Shown here piece by piece: positions 9,473-20,167 of a stretch of DNA of 64,000 nt. How positions within the stretch are numbered: position 1 is the stretch's first letter; the number at the start of each line of letters is the position of its first letter. A model generated the notes under the pieces. That model did no database searches. It was not told the DNA's origin and saw only the letters and a program-made list of their open reading frames with translations. Source of the DNA: Trichodelitschia bisporula (lineage: Eukaryota); NCBI GenBank assembly GCA_010356995.1, contig ML996694.1:805224-869223 (forward strand), in the 5' to 3' direction. The position numbers were made by a program, and so were the translations under genes.

Positions 9473-9720
9473 AGGAATGGGAAGAAGAAGAAGGGAACGT
9501 ACTCATGGCGATTCAGCTGCCCATCATGGCAAAGAAGATGGGCAGCGGCAACTCATCGGAGAGTTGCTGGTGGCAGACAGACATGCGCAAGAGAGAAAGT
9601 GTCGTCGGTGTTGCTGAGGAGAAGAAGCTTGAAGGCCACAAATTTGCAGCCATATACTTGGGCCGGCCCGACTGTTGATCCGGTGCACCAGCACGCTGTC
9701 GGCTTGTGCGTCACTAGCGC

Positions 9721-9799
9721 AATCACGTGAACCCTTTAAGGCCTCAAGTTAATCCGTTCCGAGCCGTATGTCCGTTTTGGGATGCACTAAATCACGTGA
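9721..9799. promoter_or_regulatory. Two AATCACGTGA E-box (bHLH-type) motifs
   Basis: Identical 10-mers at 9721-9730 and 9790-9799, in the divergent region between the snoRNA host and FBP1. Confidence 0.35.
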
Positions 9800-10576
9800 C
9801 ACTGCGGTTAGATGCGGGGCAAGTAGATTTGAGGTCCTTGGCGCTTCGGAGGCGTCTGGAGCTTTGCCAAACGTCTATTTTGTGCTTTTTTTTCTTCTGT
9901 TCCTCCATCAACCCCACCTTGCATCTCAGCATCGTCACTCTCCCTCTCGCCATCTCCCATCCCATCCTCCGTGACTGTCCCGCCCTGTGATTCCCGTCTC
10001 ATTCTCGTCGCACGCACAATCTTGCAGCTGCGCCTTTTCCCACCCAAATACGGGTAGACTCGAGGATCCAAGTGGCGGGAGAAGTCGGGGCTCGTCGGAA
10101 AACCCGCCTAACTTTGCCCCGCATCCCCCCCTCTTCCCCTCTCTGCCTCGTGCCCGTTCCCTTGCCCAATTCGTGCCGCTTTGTGTCGGGATTGGATGGG
10201 TGTGGATCCTCGTGGGCGTCATGCGCAGCTTTCAAGTCACGTCAGGTACACGATGGGATGTGGGAAGGTTCCGGGGAATAAAAGAGAGCGACGTTGGCTC
10301 GAAGAGCCTGCTCGTCATCGAATGTACCCACTGTCGCAGCTTCTCTTATTACTACGTACCAAATTGACCCTTTCCTGAACCCTAATCTCTCTTCCCGCTT
10401 GCTATCCCGGTCTCTTCCACTCCGCCGGGGACGAGTCGGGTTGCTTGGTCTGACGTCGAAGGCGATTGACGATTGCCGAGGGACCTGCACTTTTGTCGGT
10501 TGATATACCGAGCCCTTGCTGCTCCACAAGCCCGGTAGTTCCGTGATATTTTACCATCCACGACTCTTTCACAACA

Positions 10577-11777
10577 ATGGCGTCCAACGGAAGCAAAAGC
10601 GGCAATGGCAATGGCTACAGCGATGGCGGCACGGGCGGGCCCGTCGGTCGCGAGCTCATCAACACGGAGATTATCACGCTGACGCGCTTTTTGACCGAGG
10701 AGCAAACAAAGCACAAGGAGGCGACGGGCGACTTCACGTAGGTTTGCGTCTGTTGGAGCAGAGAATAAGTGAGCGCTGACGCAGCCAGGCTGCTATGCCA
10801 CGCACTGCAATTTGCCTTCAAGAGCATCGCCTACTACATCCGCCGCGCCACGCTCATCAACCTGACGGGTCTCGCCGGTTCGTCGAACATGACGGGCGAT
10901 GACCAGAAGAAGTTGGACGTGATCGGAAACGATGTATTCGTCTCCGCGATGCGCAGCAGCGGGCGCGTGCGCGTCCTCGTCTCAGAGGAGGAAGAAGAAG
11001 CCATCATCTTCGAGGACAGCCCGCACGCGCGCTACGGCGTCGTATGCGACCCGATCGACGGGTCCTCGAACCTGGACGCGGGCGTGTCCGTCGGCACCAT
11101 CTTCGGCATCTACAAGCTGGCGCCGGACGCCAAGGGCACGAAGGAAGATATCCTGAAGCCGGGGACGGAGCTCGTGGCCAGCGGGTTCACCATGTATGGT
11201 GCGTCGGCTATGCTCGTGATTACCATGGCGGGCGGCACCGTCAATGGCTTCACGCTGGATAATGCGCTCGGCGAGTTTATCCTCACGCATCCCGATATGC
11301 GCATCCCGCGCAAGCGTGCCATCTACTCGGTCAACGAGGGTAACAGCTGCTACTGGGAGGAGCCGGTCAAGGCGTGGGTCGAGGAGCTCAAGAATCCGGA
11401 GGAGGGCGGCAAGCCGTACAGTGCACGGTACATCGGGTCCATGGTGGCGGATGCGTATCGCACGCTGCTGTATGGCGGCATCTTTGCCTATCCCGCCGAC
11501 AAGAAGAGCCCCAAGGGCAAGCTGCGCATTCTGTACGAGTGCGCTCCCATGGCGCTAGTCTTTGAAAATGGTGCGTATCTTTTTTTGGGAGTGGATTCTT
11601 GGTGAGAATGTCGGCTAACGTGTTCCCCTAGCTGGCGGTCTGGCGGTATGCAGTAAGATGAACCGCATGCTGGAGGTGGTGCCTGAGCATATTCACGACC
11701 GGTCCGGCATCTTCCTTGGAAGCCACGATGAGGTGCAGAAGGTGATTGATGCGCACAAGCGCTTCGAGAAGAAGTAA
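10577..11777 (+). CDS. FBP1: Fructose-1,6-bisphosphatase (exons 10577-10737, 10789-11570, 11632-11777)
   Basis: Motifs GDDQKKLDV, SEE, DPIDGSSN, RYIGSMVAD and GKLRILYE. The spliced CDS is 1089 nt and in frame. Confidence 0.97.
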
Positions 11778-12689
11778 ATGTTGTAAGGATTTGGTTGTAG
11801 GCGTTGCAAGATTATACCAATCAATTGTGCATTGCTGCTGCTTCTGTGCTCCTGGTAGTACTGTTTGACTCTTGAGACGTTGATTCCCCTAGAAATTGAC
11901 CCGTGATGTCGCGTGTCGCTTGTAGAACGGCGCACAGCGTCGCCGTTGGCGGATGTGTTTTGGGCTTTTTGGTGTCTCAATGCCATCCACGGCTTCGCTG
12001 CTTGCAAGTTACAGCTTCGTCCAAAACATCCCACAGCTTACAAACAAACCCGTTGCTAAGCTGCATCGTGTTGATCACCCAACCCCCTGGGCCTTACACC
12101 AGCGCGAACTCCCTGCTCTTGCACCACAACAACCCATTACCCTACCCTATCCCACACACATCACCCTATCCGACAGGATGCTTCAACCTACTACTGCACC
12201 CCCCCCGCAGCACATCCTCTACCCGTCCCTTACCCATCCCCTTGATAAGCGCCCGGCATGGTAGACACAGCGCACAAACATGACTCTCTGGCTCACTCTT
12301 CTCTCTCGAACATCTCCACTATCAACTCACCCTTGCCCTCTTCCCCCTCACTTGACCGCAAATTAACCCCTTTCCAGCCTGCATCTTACCCCATTAGTGG
12401 ATAGCAAAGGGCCACAAATTTGCCTCCCTCGCATCCCCGTTCTGCAGCACGCATCACCTCGCACGCATCATTGGGCCACCCTCAGCGCGCAAACCTCACA
12501 ATCAGCCAATAAGCCCGCCCCGGCGGGCCAGGAATAGCTCGCACGGCAAGCCACCGCGCGTAGCCTTACAATAACATCGCAGCCCGCAAGCCCGCCCTCC
12601 GCCAACCCCTCCTATTCCTGTTTCATCCTCATAGACCCAATTCGCGCCCCCGGCCATCGAGCCGTGATAGTGAAATCCCGCCCACCGCC

Positions 12690-15600
12690 ATGAACGCCAA
12701 CTACCACCGCCGGGTCGAGCATACAAGCCCCGCTCTCCCTCCTCCTCCCCCACCGCGCCCGTGGTCCAGCGTGCCCTCTCCTCGCTCCACCGCACCGAGT
12801 CCTCGCATCGCGAACTCAGCCTCGCCCTCACATCATCAACCCTACGACCCCTCCTCCCCGCTCACCCTCCCCTCCCCGCATACATACTACGGCCACCCAC
12901 GCCCCTATGCCGCGTACTCACCGTTGAGTCCCACTGCGGCTTCCTCCCCCGCTACGGCCACCAACTCTCCCATGGCCCTCCGCACCCCTCAGGTAGCGGA
13001 GTACAACCCCGCGACGTGGAGCCGCAGCGGCCCCGTCGGCGGGGCGTACCTTCCGCATAGCAGTCTGGCCGGTCGGCCGTTGAGGCCGACGGATGATTCG
13101 GGCGGTGCGCCTGCTCCTCCAAACTCACCATCATACCAGCTCGCTGACTAGATCAAGCTCCTCTCGACTCGCCTCCCCCCCCATACTCCCCCGCGCCCCA
13201 AGGCAGCATAAACCAAAATGTCCAAAGCCAACCGCACACTTCCCCTCCCGCACAATCAACGCCGCGCCCCCGCGGTCCACCGTTAAATACGAACCCCCTC
13301 CCCCAAGCCGGGGAATTCGCCTCCCCCTCCAGCGCCGTCTCAGTCATGAGCCCGCAAAGCCAGCAATCCGGCGCCAGCACGGCAGAGCGGATGCTCGCCT
13401 TCCCTCCCCCGCCGGGGCCACGAGATCGCTCCCAATCAAAGCCGCGCTTCACACTCTCCGCCCTGACGCGCGCCGCAAGTAAAGACCGCTCCCAACCTCC
13501 CCCCGCCGCGCCCGGCATCGACGCCCTCACCTCTTCCACAGCGGAAGCCCTCTCCCGCGCCCCGCCCTCGCGCTGGGACCAACCCTCCCTCGCGGGACCT
13601 TCACGCCCTCCACCCCCTACCACAAGATCGTCGGTGTACATCCCAACCGCGCCCGCCCCCGAACCTCCTCCCGCCGCGCGCCGCAGCGCGAGCACAGGCG
13701 CCATCGCACCCCGCACCACACCGACCTGGGAACCAGGTATGCCCCTCCCGCCCCCGCCCCCCGGGGCACCAGGCGCGAGCCGGCCCTCTCGCACCTCTCG
13801 CACAGGCAGTGGAAGTGGAGGCGCATGGCCCGGCCCGCACCCGCCCCCCCCGCCGCGCGCAGCCAGTAGCACCCGCGCCGACGGGCCCAGTAATCAAGTG
13901 CCGATTATTGCTCTGCCGACCCGGCGGCCGCCCGGGCGAGGCACGGCATTGGGGCCCGTGCCGCCGACGCCGGCGGGATGGGTTGAGGGGCAGGGCTTCG
14001 GCCGTGATAGCCCCCCGCCGCCGTTGCCGCCGATGCCGACGGCTGCGGTATCAGGGAATGGAGGCGGACCGGGCCCGAGTTCCCTCGTCCGCCGAACGAG
14101 CACCACACCCATCCGCGAGCGACGCAACGCGTCACGGGCGCGCGACGGGGAGGCAGGGCCGAGCGATCTCACGCTATCCCCCGGCCACATCCGGCAAGGT
14201 GCATTCAAGAAGCCGCGCTCGCCCACTGGCCCGGTCCCGCAGGCCACGCCGCCGTTTAGTCCCAGCGCGATTGCGGCGGGGAAGACGAGGGTTGTTAGTG
14301 CGCCGAGCATGCACCTCGGGCGGGGGCTTGTGACTCCGCCGTTGATGGGAGAGAGGCCCGTGAGCCATATTTTGCATTTGCCGAATGAGGAGTTGGGCCT
14401 TGTAGGTGCTAGTCCTGCCTTGGTGCCGGAACGGCGGAGCAGCGAGCCGGCGGTAGGAGAGGGTGATGCTTTTGTGGCGGCGGCGGCGGAGCGGCATCGC
14501 CTCTTCCTGGCGCAGGAGGCAGCGGCCCCGAGCGATGCCGCGCGTCTCGCCCTCTTCGCCGCTTTTATGGTCGCCGAAAGCCGCGTCCGGCGCGAGCGCT
14601 ATTCTGCCGCCTTCACGGCCATGGGCTCCGACGTCCTCGAGCTGACACGGGACCTGTGGCGCGCACCATCGCCGCTCACCACCGAAACCTTCGCCTCGCC
14701 AGACAGCTACGACGCATACAGCAGCACCAGCTCCGCCTTCCCCTCGCCTGGCTTCGACATGGACGCCGCAGGCCCCCACCGGCAGCGCCACCAGCCCGTC
14801 CTTTCTCCCATCCCATCCATGGCCCAATCCTCCATCGCCGACGGAAACGGGGACGACAGCCGCGGGCGCCCCGCGTCCCGCTGGTGGGAAAGCAGCGCCA
14901 GCAGCGGGGGCCGGCCCGGGGGGCGGCGGATCGAGCGCTCAAAGCGGGAGAGCCGTTTCATGGGCCTGCCGGCAGAGGCGCTATCCAGCCTGCAGTGGGA
15001 AGACGAGGGCAGCCCAGGTGTGGGCGGTACGCCAACGCAGCTCCCCGGCGGTGGCCCGAGCGGGGAATATCCGCCGGAGAAGGTCGGGTGGCACGACATT
15101 GAGTCCGCGCTAGGGAGCGCGCGCACCGTGCCCGCGACGCCGACGCCCGAGCCGGGATTGGATGTGAGTAGGCTCGTAACGCTGCCGCCGCCATATCCTC
15201 GCCACCACCCGGCGGTCGCGAATAACCATCCCGACCTTGCCGGGGCACGGGATGTGCTCCTGCTGCTGAAGGACACGAGCGAGGTGGGACGGGTGAAGGA
15301 CGCCTATGTAGCGCGGATTGCGGCGAGGCGCGAACGCTTCGCCACCGAAGCCGCGGAGCGCGCCGCGGCGATGAGGCGCGGGATCCAGGAGCAGGTTGCG
15401 ATGGGGCTGGTGGATTATACGGGGGCCGCGGCGGCGGAGGCGGCGTTCCACGCCGAAGAGGAGGGCTTGGCGGGTGCGGAGCGGAGGGCAGAGTTTGATG
15501 GGTTTGGGGCAAAGGTTCTCGGGCCGTTGATGGAGGTCCTCGGTGAAAGAGTTGCGGTCGCTGGGGCGTGTATTGAGGGCCTGGAGCATGGGATGGAGCA

Positions 15601-16363
15601 TGGCGCAGGGGCTGATGCGGCACAGCGCGAGGGTGACGAGCAGCCTGAGTTGTTGGAGAGGCTGAATTTGCTGAAGTGGGTGTTTGAGGCCCGCGAGGTG
15701 CTGCATCGGGCTATGTTCACCTTGGAGGCGGAGAGGGATGACAAGTACCGCGAGCTTGTTACGGCGCCGTTGAGGAAGCCGGGCCTCGAGGCGCGGTTGG
15801 CGGAGGCGGAGGGGTTCTTCGAGTCCGACAAGAAGGAGAGACTGGCGGTTTTCGAGGCCGAGGTCAAGAAGCGGTACGACGCCTTCGCAGCCCAGGTCGA
15901 GGCGCACGTCACCCGTGGCGTCGAGGCGCAGCTATGCGCGTTCTGGGACATTGCGCCCGGCTTGCGTGCGACGGCACTCACGGTCCCGGGTGATGAGGCC
16001 GAGCTGGCGGTGCTGGACGTGCGGATTCCGGGCGGGGAGATTGTGGAGAATCCCGGTTACGCGGCACATCCGCTGCAGTACCTGTTCGTTCTGCTCGGAC
16101 ATGCGCAGAAGGCAGCGTATCAGTTCATCGAGAGCCAGATCAACCTCATGTGCTTGCTGCATGAGGCGAGAACGGGGGCTATGAGGGCGTCCGGGGGCGG
16201 AAGGGACGAGGAGGAGAGGTTAACGGCGGAGTTGAAAGAAAGGGTTGGGACAGTGGAGGGGCTTTGGCGTGAGGCGCTTGGGGAGGTTCTAGAAGGAGTT
16301 AGGGAGAAGGTGGAGAGAGTGCTTGTTGCTCAGGGAGGGTGGGATGAGGCGTTGTTGGAGTGA
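12690..16363 (+). CDS. Large Pro/Ser-rich protein with a helical C-terminal domain, function unknown (intron 13105-13151)
   Basis: A GT..CTGAC..TAG intron joins the 12690 ORF in frame to the 1005-aa ORF. The C-terminal region begins LDVSRLVTLPPPYPRHHPAV and looks globular. Confidence 0.85.
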
Positions 16364-16370
16364 TGGTGAT

Positions 16371-16620
16371 GTGGTGGATTGTATATACCCCATTTTTCAG
16401 TTCGTTGTGACTGTCGTTACGAGTAGTGTTTGGCTCTCAGCGCTGGCGACGGTGCGTTTATCATACACTTCTAATCGTCGCTCCACTGCTGTCATAGACT
16501 TTTGTTTCCTTTATGCATATGTGGGTGGATTGTATGCCCTTTTCAGTTCGGCGGGACTGTTGTAATGACTCGTGCTTTGGGTATCAGCGTTGGCAACGGT
16601 ACGTTTATCAGGAACTTCCA
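16371..16620 (+). repeat. Imperfect ~100-nt direct repeat (about 16371-16472 and 16521-16620)
   Basis: Shared blocks ggtggattgtat, ttttcagttcg, tcagcg.tggc.acggt.cgtttatca occur in the same order in both copies. Confidence 0.65.
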
Positions 16621-17379
16621 CTGCTTCTGATGCGTTCTTGTATCAGTGTTGAGGTAAAATGACGGACCGTGCCGCGCCCACGCAATGGTGTATATTCACT
16701 TCCACCTTCAGGTTCTCTTAATGGAAGTATGGACTTGACACACGCAATGGCTACGGCGTAAAGGTAAAGGATTGTGAGAAAGATGAAGAGGAAAAGAGGA
16801 AGAGAGCGAGAGAGGAGATGCGAAGAAAAGAGAAGAGAAGAGAAGAGATGCGAAGCCAGCCCATATGTACATAGGTGTGGGTCCAGGTTTTCTTCCCTCT
16901 GTTATGTGCATATTCCTCTCATGATGCGCGTATTACATCATATGCCCCTTTCATTGGCATGTCCCTTCCCAAGAGTGATACGCTCCTTCAAACTTCTAAC
17001 TGTAAGGAATATGCCTTGATGCCCTGTCTCCCTCAGGTATCTAGGCCAGATGAACTGCTACAGTACTGTGCCCAAGTACCGTGATGATATATGTCCATTC
17101 TATCTTTAAGCATCCTAATCCGCCCCCTAAGAGGTGTGCACCTACAGTATGACGTCCAAGCCCACTGGTTCCCTTGTATATGCTCCGGAGCTTAGAACTA
17201 CTCCCAGGGGTTGGCGAAGCATATACGGTAGTGAGTGAGGATGCATCCTTGACCTGCGGGAATGGAGGTTGGAGTGGAGGTGACATAGATCGTGACTGGT
17301 AGTTGGGTGTATCCGGTCACTATATCCCTCTATTCCCTAGTGTACAGGTATATCCGTACAACGGTGTCGAGGTGAGCGC

Positions 17380-18804
17380 TTACCAGTCGAATTTAACCTT
17401 GGGCTTCTTCACCACCGTCCTTTTTATCCGTTCCTGATCATCAAGGACAGATAACGCGTCCCTGATAACCGGCTTCCTCTCACCTCTGTCTCCTCGCCTA
17501 TCCCGATCCCGAATATCCCCTGTCCCCCTCTTCGATGGGTGTGCCGTCTTCCTCACACCTCTATCTCCCACTCGCCTATCCCGAGCCCGAATATCCCCTG
17601 CCCCCCTCTTCGTTGAGGGTAACGTCCTCCCCGTCGTCTGTACTTTCTTTCCCTTCTCTCGCCCCGCCCTCCCCCTCACTACTCTCTCCGGTTTCCGATT
17701 CCTCTCCTCCCTCTCCTTCTCCCCCAAACCCTCCCACTCAACCAACCTCTTCTCCTCCTCCATCTCCCTCTCCTCCCTCTCCACCTCTTGCACCTCACTC
17801 TCCCCACCCTCCTCCTCCAACACCGTCAGCCCCTCAAGATCCACCTTAGCATCCAACCCCGCAGCCTGCAAAACCGCCCACCGAACCTCATCCACCCCAA
17901 TCAACCTCCCCGACATCAATCCCTTCTCCGCCGAACAACAAAGCACATCCCCCAACGGCTCCGCCCCCCTCCCCCTCCCCTTCCCCCTCACCGCCCCCAG
18001 CACCTCAACACACACCTCCCGCACCGTCCCCAACGCCTCCGCAAACTTCTCATTCGTCAACCTCCTCGGCCTAGGACTAAGCCACTTATCCACCTTCGCC
18101 AGCACAATTTGATGCGGCGTCCCGAGGTCCCTCAACATCGTCAGCAGCGCCCGATCACTGCTCTTAAGCCCATGCTCCGCATCCACCAGCACAAAAGCCC
18201 GACGCAGCTGCTTCCGCCCCTGGAGGTACTTCCGCATCTCCGTCCCCCACTCCTCGCGACTCGCAAACCCATACCCAGGACAATCAACCACCACAACCCC
18301 GCCGCGCGCAATGTTCCCCTTCCCCGCCCCGCCCCGCGCCCCAATTTGAAACACATTCATCTCCCGCGTCCGCCCGGGCCGCTGGGACGTGCGCGCGCCT
18401 TCTGTGCGCGGAATGTTGAAGAGCGCATTTAGCAAGCTCGATTTGCCGACGTTGCTGCGGCCCAGGAAGGCGACTTCGGGCGCCAGGGAGTCGGTGGGGA
18501 AGCGCGAGAAGCGCGGGGCTGAGAAGAGGAAATCGGGCTTTTGGAGGCGGAAGTAGCGGCTGGCGTGGTAGAGGTCGGTTGCGGTGGGGGGGAGGGTTGC
18601 GGTGTAGTGGTTTAGGTCGGTTGAGGGGGGGAATGGTTGGCGAGGCCGGCGTGTGGTGCGTTCGGAGTCGGTTGAGAAGGGGGAGGTGGGGTGGGGGAGG
18701 CGGATTGAGAGGGTGGGCGAGGTGAGGAAAGGACGTGGACGCGATAGTGAGAAGTGTATTATCCGGCTCAGCCGCAGCGCGCGGCTATATATTCGTGTAG
18801 CCAT
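17380..18804 (-). CDS. EngB/YihA-family GTPase (GTPBP8-like), probably mitochondrial
   Basis: G1 PEVAFLGRSNVGKSSLLN, G2 PGRT, G3 DCPGYG and G4-like AKVD; Arg/Ser-rich N-terminus. Confidence 0.9.
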   Translation of the reverse strand: MATRIYSRALRLSRIIHFSLSRPRPFLTSPTLSIRLPHPTSPFSTDSERTTRRPRQPFPPSTDLNHYTATLPPTATDLYHASRYFRLQKPDFLFSAPRFSRFPTDSLAPEVAFLGRSNVGKSSLLNALFNIPRTEGARTSQRPGRTREMNVFQIGARGGAGKGNIARGGVVVVDCPGYGFASREEWGTEMRKYLQGRKQLRRAFVLVDAEHGLKSSDRALLTMLRDLGTPHQIVLAKVDKWLSPRPRRLTNEKFAEALGTVREVCVEVLGAVRGKGRGRGAEPLGDVLCCSAEKGLMSGRLIGVDEVRWAVLQAAGLDAKVDLEGLTVLEEEGGESEVQEVEREEREMEEEKRLVEWEGLGEKEREERNRKPERVVRGRAGREKGKKVQTTGRTLPSTKRGAGDIRARDRRVGDRGVRKTAHPSKRGTGDIRDRDRRGDRGERKPVIRDALSVLDDQERIKRTVVKKPKVKFDW

Positions 18805-19006
18805 GGTGGTGCTCGTCACAATCTCCGTTGACGTCGCCGTGATATGCACCAGCGCCAAGCCACAAAAACTCCTCGCCGCACCTCACCTCCGCAACGTCCT
18901 CCGCCCCTCCGCCCCGCAGCGCCACAACCACCACACCCACGGCGAACGCATCTCACCCCGTCAATCCGACTTCTATCCGCCTCAAAAGCGCACTCCAGTC
19001 GTGAAA

Positions 19007-19393
19007 ATGACTTCTCCCGCCCCCACAGCCCGGTCCCTCTACCGGCGCCTCCTCCGCGAACTCCCCGCGCGCCCGCCACCACCGGGCAAACGTGTCCCGC
19101 CGACTATCCGCTCACATCTGCTCAGCAATCCGGCGCCTATCCAGTCACATGTCCGGGAACGGATAATTGCCACATCATTGCAGGCAAAGGCGGAGGACGA
19201 ACACGCCGCCGCGCGCCAGGCCGCGGACCAGATGGTGCAATTTCTGCGCGCGCAGCGCATGTATGCGACGCTGATTGAGCGGTATAATCCGGGGATGGGG
19301 ATGAGTGAGGAGGAGAGGGTGCGGTTGAGCGCAAGGAGGGTGGGGATGGATTTGCCGACGGAGTTTGGGAAGGAGGGGGGGGGGAAGAGTTGA
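19007..19393 (+). CDS. FMC1: ATP synthase assembly factor FMC1 (LYR family)
   Basis: RSLYRRLLREL ... QRMYATLIERYNPG ... ERVRLSARRVG. Confidence 0.88.
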   Translation: MTSPAPTARSLYRRLLRELPARPPPPGKRVPPTIRSHLLSNPAPIQSHVRERIIATSLQAKAEDEHAAARQAADQMVQFLRAQRMYATLIERYNPGMGMSEEERVRLSARRVGMDLPTEFGKEGGGKS

Positions 19394-20167
19394 GCTTTGG
19401 AGGGGGATTACGGAATCAGGGAGAGGATGATAGGCGCTTGGAATGGTGGGGAGAGCGAGAGATGGCCTGGGGGGGAGTGGGAGGCATGGAGGGTTGGAGG
19501 TGGACATATCATTGCGGGATTTAGACGCTGCGGGAGGTTGTGAGCACGCCTCGGCTCTCACGTAAAAGACTAAAAGGATTAGATCGGACAGTCTCCAGGA
19601 TGCGTGCAAGGGAGCTGGAGGGCCAGGAGTCCGGCGGGAAACTGTACACACATCATCACATGTATCATCACGGATATCAAGCAGCAAGAGCATAACACCT
19701 AGCATTCGGCCACAGTGCATGCCCGAGTAATGCACACGGGGGTTGTTCTGTCCCCAAAACAATTACAATCTCCACCCAACCGGCGGCACCCGACCCGTCC
19801 ACAATATGCCCAACCTTCCCGTCCGCCTGCCGCAATAGAATGTCATTTTTATCCGTCAGTACGAGCTTACGAACTGACAGGAACAACTTTGACGGCCCAC
19901 AGACAGAATTCAAACCGAAAAGAAAGAGCACCATCGTCACAGTATAGGTATAGGTATAACAAAATAGATAGCCGTTGCGCGAACCCGACCGACCACACAC
20001 CACGCACACCCTGACCCAACCAAGAGGTAAGACACCAATGCAAGGAGAATATCGGCGAGGTCTTCATTTCTGCCCCAGGCCGTCCAGCCTAGCCCAAAGA
20101 AAAGGTCCAGTAGGAGAGAGAGAGTCGTCAGTTGCTTTCTCGAAACACACACTCATAATCGCACCCG

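Larger units (their letters stand above)
8302..9502 (-). ncRNA. Non-coding spliced snoRNA host transcript (span of the six snoRNA-bearing introns)
   Basis: Minus-strand donors GTACGT 9502, GTACGT 9284, GTATGA 9090, GTATGC 8884, GTACGT 8691 and GTAAGT 8481. Each is followed by one C/D snoRNA and a YAG acceptor, most with a CTRAY branch site. Exons are tiny and carry no evident ORF. Confidence 0.85.

Noticed and set aside
8447..9617. Short plus-strand ORFs over the snoRNA cluster
   Set aside because: No protein motifs; the region is explained by minus-strand snoRNAs.
16775..16860. GA-rich purine tract
   Set aside because: Simple low-complexity sequence with no further structure.
18653..19006. 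N-terminal extension of the FMC1 ORF
   Set aside because: It overlaps the divergent GTPase gene; LYR-family similarity starts at the ATG at 19007.
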